Below the pieces are notes generated by a model, which saw only the letters and a list, made by a program, of their open reading frames with translations, searched no databases and was not told the DNA's origin. The translations under genes and the position numbers were made by a program. A stretch of 64,000 bases of DNA, from the NCBI RefSeq assembly GCF_009914755.1, contig NC_060925.1. One strand, 5' to 3'. The stretch's first letter is position 1, and each line of letters opens with the position of its first letter. Source of the stretch: the human T2T-CHM13v2.0 reference genome, Homo sapiens. This document shows, piece after piece, positions 1 through 12,035 of this stretch.

Positions 1-801
1 CACAGCGATTCATTACAGCTCCCAAACCAATTGAATTCTGAATACATTCCAAGCATCACTTAGAAAAATGACCAAAAAAAGCAGAAACCCCATTGAACAA
101 TCTGCTCTGAAAATAAAGAAGATCAACCCTTCTCTAAACTCAGCTTTCTATGAACCCGAATCCAATCATCTCTTTTCTTGACAACAGGTACCTCCCTATA
201 CTACTCCACATACCCACACAGTGCAGAACCCCATATAGGTTAGCTTCTGGATTTCTGAAAATAGTGCAGGGGCTGATTGTTTGCATTATTTTGTGTTTTT
301 CTGGCTGCATTCAATTTCTACCATCTCTTCACTGGTCTTTCTTTGCTTCCTTTTACATGAATGTCCAATTTTGCATTTGTTAAGGGCCATCATCCAGACA
401 CTGCTGGAAAAGCAAAATTTCACCTTAATAATGTTTCAGATGTACACTACCTAAACAAGAATTAAACTCATAGTTTAGACAAAGTAAAATATATAAAACA
501 TAAATTTATTTCCTTGAAACTTGGCTCAAACTAGTATCTTTTCTTTCATCATTCCATTGGAGGAGGTTTATAGGGTTGTTTTTCTCTACACAGGAGCTCT
601 AAGTGTTTATGTCATCCTGATACATGGAAATTTCCTTAATTAACTAAAATTGTGTACTCAATCATATTTTCTCACCTCCTGAAAATACCTATACAAGATG
701 CAAGAGAGTTGTGAGGATCTTAATTACGTATGGCAAGCATGGTTTGATATTTCAGGAACCTCAGGTTTTGTTTGTGTGGGGGGTGAGAGGGGGCAGCTAG
801 A

Positions 802-1041
<240 letters not shown>

Positions 1042-1364
1042 GAGGGCGGCTAGATTTAAAGTGAGAAAGAAATATGCCGAGAAAGTTTGTGTCGATCTTA
1101 CCTTCCCCTTCTTATGGCTGATTTCAGGAGTAGACTGGAAGGGAGATCTTAGAACAGAGAAAAATGATGAACAAAATAAAAGAGGTTAGGAAAAGAAGCG
1201 AGTGATAGTGTGAGAATAAAATTCAATTGAAGAAAATGTTAAAAAGTGCTGAGAATATATTATCATAATGCAGACTGAGATAGTCTGCAGCTTACTCATC
1301 GCAAGTGTAACATTATTTGTACATTTTTAATAAAGCCAAGTGCCATTTCCTTTTTTTTTAAGAT

Positions 1365-1560
1365 TGTATAATGGAACAGTTACTAAATTTGGAGTCAGAT
1401 GAGCTAGAATTTGGCTCTCATGTGATCCGATATGTGATCTTGGGCAAGTAACAATTTAGTTGAGACCATCTCTTCCTCAGAACAACACCCTGCCTCCCTA
1501 CAACCCAGAAAGCATTTAGAAAAACTGTAAACTACTCTCCAAATCTAAGTTATTATTATT
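1365..1560 (+). mobile_element. MIR (degraded)
   Basis: tggagtcaga...tgtgatcttgggcaagtaac core similarity. Confidence 0.6.
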
Positions 1561-2659
1561 GTTTTCATCTTTCTTCTCCTTCTTTCCTTCATTCTCCAAC
1601 TTCTACTACCAGTTATCATCATCATCCTCATCATCATTGTCATTATCATCACTAGGGGAAAGTATCTGGGCTGGAAATCCTGTTTTAGCATTTGTTCCCA
1701 GTAGTCACATACTTATAAATGATTTACCTACAAATTCCGGAAAAGAACCATCAAAAGAGATTTTCCTTATATCTCCTCTATTTGACTTTGCTGATCATAT
1801 CTCTAAAGCTAGGTGTTCTGCTATATTTTGCTATAAATGGATCCAATTTGGCCAATGACATTAAATTATTAATCTGGAGTAAGCAATGAGTATTTATGTA
1901 ATTCACTTGCAAACTGTAATTGTCAATTAGAATATCCAATGCCTATATATCTAGGCATACGTCCATACAGTTTATCCTCATGCAATACAGGAAAATTGAA
2001 AATCCAATAAGTAAACTCTTTTACTAAGAGACATAACCGAAAAGCCTGTTGTCACTTTTTAACAGACTGCAAATCAATAAGTGATGTAGGGCTTTACTTT
2101 TTGGTAGCATTAGGATGTTGACTTCAGCAATAAGCATGCTATAGATCAGAAGTTGGGACAGAATGCTCTGCTATGATATACAAGTAAAAAGCTTCTTATT
2201 TTAGAACTGTAGACAGTTAGCTTATCCAATGACCAGTTGTACAGCTGTACTATCTTGTGGAGTAGAGTGTAATCTATGGCCATCACACTAGTCTTTTCAC
2301 TACAGCTTCTACCCAGGGAGGGGGAAAATGCAATACATTACAGTGAAAGTTACCAATACACAAATGCAGAAAACCTAATATAATAAAAATAACCCCTCTC
2401 AGCCTCATTCACACTGAGAATAAATGAAAATGTTATTATTCATGCTGCTGTCAGACAGGATCATATCTGAGTCACATCAGACACAACTGAATCTAGCTTG
2501 ATTTTTTATTTACAAGATCCCTAGAGAAAAGAGAATCTACAGAACTCAAAAAAAAAAAAAAAAAAAAGGAGAAAACCACTCCACTGTTTGCAGTGTTCAC
2601 TCTCAGGACATTTTGGATTATCCTGTTTAAAGTCACAGAAAGAGGGAAAATTAGAGTTT

Positions 2660-2855
2660 AATTTCCAGGTTGACTCCTTCCCAAATTTGTTATTTTAGGC
2701 AAGTCACCTAACTTTTTTATGCCTCAGTTTTCTTCATGTGTTTATAGTGAGTTAAGAATAATATCTACGCCATAGGATTTCTGGAAAAAAAATTAATTAA
2801 AATAAAAAATTCTTAAATATCCTGAAAACTCTGTTATGCTATATAAATGTTAGTT
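2660..2855 (+). mobile_element. MIR
   Basis: ggcaagtcacctaac...gcctcagttttcttcat...ataaatgttag. Confidence 0.65.
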
Positions 2856-3399
2856 GACAGTAATAGTTCATAGTGGCAGCAGTAGCAGAAACAGCAATAA
2901 CCAAAGGCACACATCATCGATTGCATAACCCCTTAGCAGGGCCATAATCAAACACGTTAATATTCCTGCAGCAAAAGATATGAATATTGACACTTAGTGG
3001 AATAAACAAAAGAATATAAATTGCCTGCTGTCAGTCAAGGTCAGATTTTGCTGCCAAATAAGTTTTGTGGCCAAATGTATAAAACGAATTTAAAAATAAA
3101 AACCAACAACAACTTTTTCTGGATTTCAGAATTATGGATAAATAGATTTTTCATTTGAACTAATAAACCAACATACAAGCCACACTTTACTATGGAAATA
3201 ATGGTTATTAAATGTCTTCCTAGCTGTTCTGCATCTCAACTATTCTCATTTCACTTTCCTTCCTAATCTAATACCTCAACTGTTTTTTTTAAACTTATCA
3301 TTCCATTGCCCTTCTTTTAATACTCTCCAGTCTCTACATTGCTAGGACAAGTTTTCAAGCATAATAGGAAGACAAACACTCCCAAATATGATGACAGTC

Positions 3400-4064
3400 T
3401 CCTAGACTGGTCCCGTTTCCCTCCAACCCATCCTCCACCTAGCAGTGAGAGATCTTCTTAAAATGAAAATTTAGATGTGGCACCTTTCTGCTAAAATCTT
3501 TCAATGCCCTTCCATAATTCTACTCAACAAAGATCTAACTTTTTAATATCGTGCACAAAGCCTTTTCTGAGCTGGTTCCTGCCTCTCTTTCCAGCCTCAT
3601 TTTGCTGCTCAGCTCCCTCCTTCCCCATCCACAAAGCCCATATTTCAGTCCAGCCAAATGACTTGCATTTGTGAATATACAATTTCACAGTGAATATACA
3701 AGTCAATATACAATTTCTTACCTCTGCATTTTGCTCACACCATCCCTTCTGCTATGACTGTCCTTCCCCAATTAGGTCTGCCAGGTAACTATTACTCATC
3801 CTTTGTCCATCCTCTCAAAAAAAAATTTCATCTCTGAAGTCCACCCTGTCCTTTCCACATTTCTTCTAACACTCATGCCGTCTTAAGCCAGCAGCTATCA
3901 TGCCCTAATCACATTGCCACGTGGACCGCATTATGGCACAATTACTTGCTATAATTATGCATCTACTCCTCTTCCCAGACTCTTAAATAGGCATCCCTGG
4001 TACAGCAAACTGGCACAGGCACTTTACAAAGTGAGTGCTTAGTGAGCATCTGCTTCATGAATAA
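3400..4064 (+). mobile_element. L2 3' region
   Basis: L2-like ccatcctccac...cttcttaaaatg...tttgctcacaccatccc...ctggcacaggc...catgaataaa terminus. Confidence 0.65.
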
Positions 4065-6115
4065 AAGTGCTTCCTATAACTTTTCATCAAAACTACAGAT
4101 GTTCAAGGTATATGAAAAGCCACCACTCACTAACTTTAAAGTTGGAGAAAAGTTCAGATGTCTTTTATTTCTCAGATAAAATTTAGGTTTGTTCTCTAAC
4201 TGTAGTTCTCATGGAAGAACTATTAAACAGTCTGGTGCTCAAGTTGAACAAAATTCTCTGCTTTTTACCTTAGTCTATTCCTAAAACAAGAAATACAAAG
4301 CATTTAAGCAGGTATCACTAGCACTAGACAAAGATTAGAATTTAGCCAACAAGAGTTTGCTTTCAAGTTGCAAAGCTTTCAGAGAGAGAAAAATGCAGAG
4401 AGAGGACTTAGGTCCATAGAATTTTTCATAAAGGCATGACTTTCCCACCACTTCCAGGGGAGTTACTTCATGTGTTGGTGACATTTGCTCTACATGCCAA
4501 TGTCTGAAAATCCCTGGCATCTACCACACAAGCATATCCATGGTAAGGAGAAAAATGTTCCAGAAAGAAAAATGCTTAGAGTGTGCAAGGATAGTCTTGA
4601 CAGGAAAACCTGCAAGGACCAAAACACATGTCTGAAGGACTCAGATACTATTCAGAGACACTACTAACTAGTACATTCCAAGGGTATTTGGGATGAATAA
4701 TTAAAGATACTTTATGTATTAGGAAACACTGAGCCTGTCATATTCGTTCTTTTCTTCCACTTATCATTTTTGTCTTTATAGAAACCAGGTTTCTTTTTAC
4801 ATTAGGAAGAGCAGAGTCATCCCCAGGTGGGAACGGCTCTGTCTTATCTTATTCATCTTCCATGACTAGTATAGTGTCTGTCTCATAGAAAGCTCTTGTT
4901 TATTGAACAAAACTAAAAATTTTCACTTAGAGAACATACTTTCAAAAATCTCTTTCTACATCTTAGCTCTAATTAGAAAGTATTTCTAATGTACTGATTT
5001 GGGTGACTGCTTGGAGTTAGGGCATGGTACTTTTTTACCTGAGGATCAGGTACCCGGATAAAATGACCTGAACTCTGGTATCCCTAATACTACTTGCCAT
5101 GGACCTTCAGCCACAGGCTCAGTCAAAGCCACAGAATAAGTGACAGAACACTCTCCCTTTCCTCCTCTTCCCTGAATCACAAAGGTCCTGGTATTCCCTC
5201 ACATGGTTTTGCTCAAATAAATAAGGAGGCATGAAATAATCCCGGGGAAAAACAGCACTTCAGTGACAATGAATTAATCACTAAGGAGAGCCGATATCAC
5301 AGTACCATATTTTAAAAATAACAATGTAGGAAAGCCCCAGTAAAATATGACAAATTTGCAGAACTTCTGGGTGGAGTTTGTAAAATACTCACTTGTCCAT
5401 CAGACACAGTCTATCTTCTTCTGCCTTGGCCTAGAGTGCTATTGCTTAACTGTAGGGATTATCTACCACAACATTTTACAATGAAGAAACTGAGACTTGA
5501 AAGGTAACTTATGCAAGTTCACACATTCTAATATCCAAGGGAAATACTGCCTTCCTCTCCTTCATATCAGAGCTTTGTCTTGATAACAGCCCTACTTGAA
5601 ATGGAGAAATGACCAGTATCTTCTACCCTCCACACAAAATGCTTCAAAGATGAAAGCACAATTACAGAGTTTAGAGGGCCTAGAACACTTGTTCAAGGGG
5701 GGCAAGGACAAGAAGAACAAGAAGTGAAATGGGACAGAGGAGCTCTTTCTCTCGTTTAAGACTTATAAGGTGCTGTTGAAAAATCTACGGATAAGCATCT
5801 TAAATCATGGTAAATTACACACTGCATGCTGGTGACTCGGTCATGGAAAATTATGAAGCTACGTGATGTCTCATTTGTTGTGCTGAAAACAAATGTAAAT
5901 AAATTACTGAGAGAATCTCATTTACATTTAGAAATTCATCCTGACGCATGACATGACTACCAATTTTTTTAAAGATACTTTGAGAAGAAATGCCACTCAT
6001 TAAACCCAGATCATGAGGATCATAGTATGAGCTTGATTTGGTACAGGGTTTTCAAAGCAAGGAAACACTACCCTTTCATACTAGGAGAACCCCCCCATCC
6101 CCCAACCCTGCCATG

Positions 6116-6152
<37 letters not shown>

Positions 6153-6155
6153 ACA
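6116..6155. repeat. (CA)n microsatellite
   Basis: Directly visible. Confidence 0.95.
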
Positions 6156-6269
6156 GAGAAAGATACACTCACTCACTCACACAAGGGAGAGGAAATAGCA
6201 TTAGGCTTGTGGTTGTTTCTCTTTTTCTAATGATCCATCTGCTGTTCCTCACGTTCACAGACAACACTC

Positions 6270-6478
6270 CGGACCCATTGTTAGTGGGACTAGCTGGTTG
6301 CCCAGTAGAGTGGATGGTTCATGGTGAGCCATTCACAATCTCTCACCCCATTCCACCCATGACCTAAGGCAGCTGGCAGGGGTTAATGGGACAGAATGGA
6401 GTTAACTGGCTCCTGCAGGGATCAAACCCATGACCAATCTCATTAACACTCTGCTTTGACCAACTGAGCTGCAAAGCC
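6270..6478 (-). mobile_element. MamSINE1-like tRNA-headed SINE
   Basis: Reverse strand reads ggctttgcagctcagttggtcaaagcagagtgttaatgag...catgggtttgatccctgcaggagccagttaactccattctgtccc...taacccctgccagctgcct, i.e. a tRNA-Ile-like head (A/B boxes) followed by a MamSINE1-type body. Confidence 0.7.
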
Positions 6479-7881
6479 ATGGACTCTCATTGAATAGGAA
6501 TTGGTCATCAAGTGGCACAGATGCCCTGCACTAAGAAGCAGCTGACCTGAAAAGGCAGATATAAAATGCAGGAGATTGATGGGATTGGAGCAAAAACCTT
6601 GAAGGGCTTCAGGTCTAGGGTAGCTGTTAGGCTTGTTGCCATGCTTAATTTATCCCATCCACCTCTCCATGACTCCATTCAAATCACCCAGGGCAAAAGC
6701 AAGGACTTACGAAACAGGGACAGAGAGTTACAGCACATTGAATGTAATGAGAGCAAATCAGGCAAGCACTTAATAAAAAGTTTTGAGAACTGTTATATAT
6801 AGTCTAAAAAGCTGCAGCTACAAAGGATTGAACCATTGTCTCTTGCTGATATTACACTACACTTAGCATCCTTTGTGCAATATTGTTCCTTCGACATCGG
6901 ATAAAATAACCCATCCTAATGCCCTGTCTTCTAAGTGAGGGCCTGGGACTTAAACTTTTTTCCTCTGCAGCTGTGACTATGGGCTCGCTTTCCAGCTCTT
7001 AAATGTCCTCCCATCTTTTCTCTTTTCCCCATTCTAAATAGATACTGCAAAAAGTTGTTAAGTTTTGCTTTCCACCCCACAAGGGTAAAATACAATCATT
7101 TCCTAAATAGGGATATTATGGTGTGCTCGGTCTCATCCACAGCAGAATATTTACATGAGCCTGAAGAGGTCTGAGAGTTTATTGGTTAAGGAAAAAATAA
7201 GGCCATGAAATAATTATTTTTCATTGTGCCCTGCCAAAGCCATTCAGCCAAAGGCTAAATTGAGCTGCTATTGTGATTATTTGAACTGTGGAGCCAAAAG
7301 TCTTTGCTGCAAAGCATCCCAGCTGTCCTAAATTTTGTTCTGATGGTTAGTTTTCATTTGGGCTCAGACCCTGCCAAAAAAATGGTCCCCAAAATAGGCG
7401 GGTGGAAGGGTTGCTTTATCCAGACCCACATCAATTACCGATTTAGGGCCATTCAGAGAACTTGATTATTAACAAATCACTTCCTGAAACTGTTATGACA
7501 GGATTCCCATATGCAAACGGCAAGTCGCTCATTTGCACACAGTGAGGTGAGGAAATTAAAACTAAGACTTCCCAAATTTACTGATGGTCACTTTTTTTTT
7601 TAACGCTGATTGTACTTTATGGCTAATGAGTTTTTCCCAATGGTCCTCACAGCTGGAAGGCTGCAGCAACAGCCGTTGCCCAGGCTGGATTAATGGGAGC
7701 ATCGACCCTGTGCTTGCCTGGCACCTCAACCGGTATGTCTAGTGACTGTAGCGTTTCATGACCGAGTAAAATGGCCCTTCTAGGGCTTTAGGAAGCAATG
7801 TACACTTTGTTTTGTTCAGTTTGGCATCCCCCACATCTGGAGCAACACCTGTCCATTGTAGGCACTCAAGCTGTATGTGCT

Positions 7882-7980
7882 GGAAAGAAGGAAGGAGGAA
7901 AGGAGGGAAGAAAGTAAGGAAGGGAGGGAGGAAGGTAGGAAGGCAGGGAGGATGGATGGAAGGAAGGCAGGAAAGGAGGC
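7882..7980. repeat. Degenerate (GGAA)n purine tract
   Basis: Directly visible, frequently interrupted. Confidence 0.9.
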
Positions 7981-9147
7981 AGACTAACAATCCAGTGGGA
8001 CCTAGAGTTTAAGTTAGTGTTGTCTTCTAAATAAATATTCCTTTTGTGTGCTGGGATGAACACATTTCTGAAAACTAATCTAGTGTAGAGGCACAGAAAA
8101 TAGCCAAATCAGTTATCTTTTATCAAACCATTACTTGTTTCTACTCTGGCCAAGATCCATTCACAATGGAGAAAAGAAGCTAATGCAATATATTAATTTA
8201 ATGCATGTACTATCAAAATGTACACTAACTTAAACAAAAAACAATGTGTCTCTAAAAGATTCCCTAAGATTTTCCTGCAATTTACCTCTCCATTAATATA
8301 TTTCAGAAATGGAATCAGCTGCAATCGTACATCAATACCACGTAAACCAATAAGGCCCATCTGGAGGGTACAGGAAGGAAAGCAGAATACCAGACACCAG
8401 GAGGAGGGTTCCCAGAGACTCTCAGGGAAACTATTCCTGTTATCTGCACCTACATGGCATCCAGAGGGAGTTTCCTGGAGCTTCAAGTTACTCCCACTTC
8501 TTATAGGAGAAGTTTGATGTGCCACGAAGCCAATTCTTCAATGCAGGGGTAGAGCCTGGAGACACTGAAATCACCCTTTGGAGTGAGGGTGGGTTTTTGT
8601 CATTTCTGGAATTACTTGGAAGGAGGGCAAAATCTTTGAAAGCAAAATTTATATAACATTAGCTGCAATTTAAAAAGTAATTTCCACCCATATTCAAACA
8701 ACTCTGGAAACCTCCTTCCTTGAGATGCTTTCCTGGAACAATCACAAGGGTGTGGATTTCCTTGGCGTGTCTCTGTCACAGAATGATTTGCTCCCTGCCC
8801 ACTCACTTCCCCACCCCGACCCTTGCCCCAAAAACTAAAGGTTAGGGATGGGAAAGGAGAGTATTTACCCACCCAATAATCAGAACCTCTGTCAAACATC
8901 AGCCATCCCTAACTGTCCATCAGAGCTAACTAGTTCCAGATCAGTCTGTGAAGTCACCATGCATGGCAATGCATGAGCAGATGAGCCATCCTTTAAACAG
9001 AGATGGTAGCTAGAAGATACAGTCATGACATACAAGGAAATTCAAGATATCGTAAACCTAAAAGATACATTTGAAACACAAAATGGTTTTGTGATTAACA
9101 GCAGGGACATAAATGTAGGGGGTTTTCAAATAAATTTAGAGCTGTAC

Positions 9148-9466
<319 letters not shown>

Positions 9467-9799
9467 CTAGGACAGGTAGGTAGTTTGTCATGGCTGCTTC
9501 TGAGGACACCACCAGAGAAGTTAGTGCCAAGAAGGACCTTCCCAATCACCCCCTCCACAGCCACCCACCCACACCCACTCCAATTCCCATGTAAGAGACA
9601 AACACACCAAAGCCTGGAGACATGAGCATCATTCAAAATCACCGTCAAATGCAATTATTCTTTTCTTAATTCTTAATCTCTATTTTTTCCTCTCCACCCC
9701 ATCTTTCCTTTATTGTCCCCATTTCTTCTCAACCACTTTATCATCTTTTAGTTCTCCCTGACTATGTCTCAGGGCTTCCTTCCTAGCAGTTGTAGGAAT

Positions 9800-10085
9800 A
9801 ATAAGCACTTGTTATACCAGGAACTATTCTGAGAGCTTTAATATTCACCACCTCATTTGATATTCACAACAGCTCTATGAGGGAGGCACTATTATTGTCT
9901 GCGTTTTATTATAGATGAGCAAATTGAGGTATAGAGAGATTAGGTGACTTGCTCCAGATTACTCAGCCAATTAGCAGCAGAGATATACTTTAAAACATCC
10001 TTCCACTTACATAGGAGGAAACTGAGGCATGAAGAGTTTTAGTAACATGCCCAAGGCCACTCAGCTTGGAAGAAGCAGCACCAGG
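9800..10085 (-). mobile_element. Two adjacent MIR fragments
   Basis: atagatgagcaaattgaggt...ggtgacttgc and gaggaaactgaggca...gtaacatgcccaaggccac (reverse MIR cores). Confidence 0.75.
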
Positions 10086-11936
10086 ACTGTGGAGCCCCTG
10101 CATACACTCACCACCTTCCTCGTTATCCTGCTCAGGACCCCAAAGCTAGAAGCCTTAAGGGACCAGGAGCAATGCTGAAGCCAAACAGCTGTGCTCGATA
10201 AGTCCCAGAGTCTACAGCATCATCAGGTTAAAAAACGTATTTAGAAATCTAGGGAATCAGGAAAAGGCATCCACAGAGTGCTTTTGTTTTGTGAAAACAA
10301 GGCAAGAATTATTTAGCATATGTTTCTGCAGAATGATTTTGCCAGTGTCAGTCATTAAAAATAAACGCTTAGTAGGGTGACATCTATTTCAAATAGTTGT
10401 AGCCAAAAATAAATTTCTGCTTTAAAAAAAAAAAGTAATGGTTTGATAAAAGATAACTGATTTGGCTATTTTCTGTACCTCTACACTAAAGAAATAAAGT
10501 CTGTCCAGGGCTTTTGGTTCTAACTTCTAGGGTAAATCAATTGGGAAAAAAGTATATGCACAAGAAATTTAACTCTTTTTCAAAGACAGTGGGGAAATCA
10601 AAGAATGTCCACAGATCATTGAAAACTCTATTTTAGTCATTTTAGCATGCTAATGTTCTTCCTCCCACCTGCCAAAGCTGTTTGCCAGAAAAAAAGCATA
10701 ATCTCTGTAAGCCTGGCCCCTTGTCTTTGGCCAAACCCTTATGGGTCCAAACACAGCCCCTATCTACTTTATAGAAACTCAGGATCAGGACATAATCAAA
10801 GTCAAATGTCCTGAAAACTACTGGGTGAATGTTTATTACATTAATAAATTGTTTTTAAGAGGAAGGGCCCTGCCAATGTCCTAGGAAGATCTTGGAAAAT
10901 ATCTAACATATGGTTATATAGTTACACTACCATTTAATTTCCATAGTCCTGGTAAGTCATTTTCATTTGGTTTTTCTATTGTCTCTTTTATACATTATTA
11001 CTATCTGGAATAATACATGGCCTGAGATGAGAGAAGAAATAGCCAAAAAAGGAAAATTCTTGTAAAATGATAAGAACTAAGCCCATGACCCCCAGCAGAG
11101 GACCACCTTTGCCCCACTTTTATCCACTGAGGTCACCCGTGCATGGTGACTTAACACCTTGCCTTTAGTTGCCCGACCTCTCATCTGGCCTACTGAGCCC
11201 CACACAACTTTCTGCAACTCGTGATTTAATTCCTGTCTGAGTTGGAGGCATAAAAGGAGCTTGACCTGTCACCTGTGTGACGGCCACAGCTCTACCTGCT
11301 GACTAGATGCCCTTCTGGATCCATCCAATTGGCCAAATGGAGGGACAGAACATCTTCCCCTTTAAGGAAAAGGAAGAGATGCCAAGAAATGCTTCATTTC
11401 AATTAAACTTAGCAGAGAATCAGAACCAAATCAGTCACATTTATTAGAAGACCCTGCAAATGGCAAGAGTTTTGAAGACACCACTCACAGTTAACTAAAG
11501 AATAGGTAAAATGTATGTGCACTCAAGGTGATTCACTTCTTCCCAAAGAGTTATGGGTTCGAGGCAGGTGAGGGCTCCAGCTTACAGTTTATTAAATAGC
11601 ACCTAGGTCCTGAGTTTGGGTGAAATGGTGGAATGCTTCCCATTTGATAACACATGTGGCTATCCGCTTGTGGGTATCTAATTTGGAGTACTATTAATGT
11701 GTAGCCTTTCCTGGCAAATCTGCCTAAGGGATTAGTCACCCCCCAAAAGTTCAGTTGAATATTAACCACATTAACTTTGCAGCCTGCAACATACTGTTAC
11801 ACACAAATAGCCTACAGTGCCATGTGGATGACTTGCTTAGCAATAAACATTCCATGCAGAGTCCCCAGTGCAGGAAAAATTGTGTTCCATCAAAAGGACC
11901 ACCCTGCCAATCCTGGCTGAGAACCCCACCCCCGAC

Positions 11937-11962
11937 CACACACATATACACACACACATACA

Positions 11963-12030
<68 letters not shown>
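11937..12030. repeat. Compound (CA)n-(GA)25 microsatellite
   Basis: Interrupted CA run to 11980, then a perfect GA run 11981-12030. Confidence 0.97.

Positions 12031-12035
<5 letters not shown>

Noticed and set aside
5385-5460. Minus-strand mini-exon ending CAA|gtgagta
   Set aside because: The acceptor lies in MIR-like sequence with a weak pyrimidine tract; likely a pseudo-exon.
6406-6478. tRNA-Ile gene on the minus strand
   Set aside because: Degenerate stems, and it continues into a SINE body.
7882-7980. EWS-FLI1-type GGAA microsatellite enhancer
   Set aside because: No long run of consecutive perfect GGAA units.
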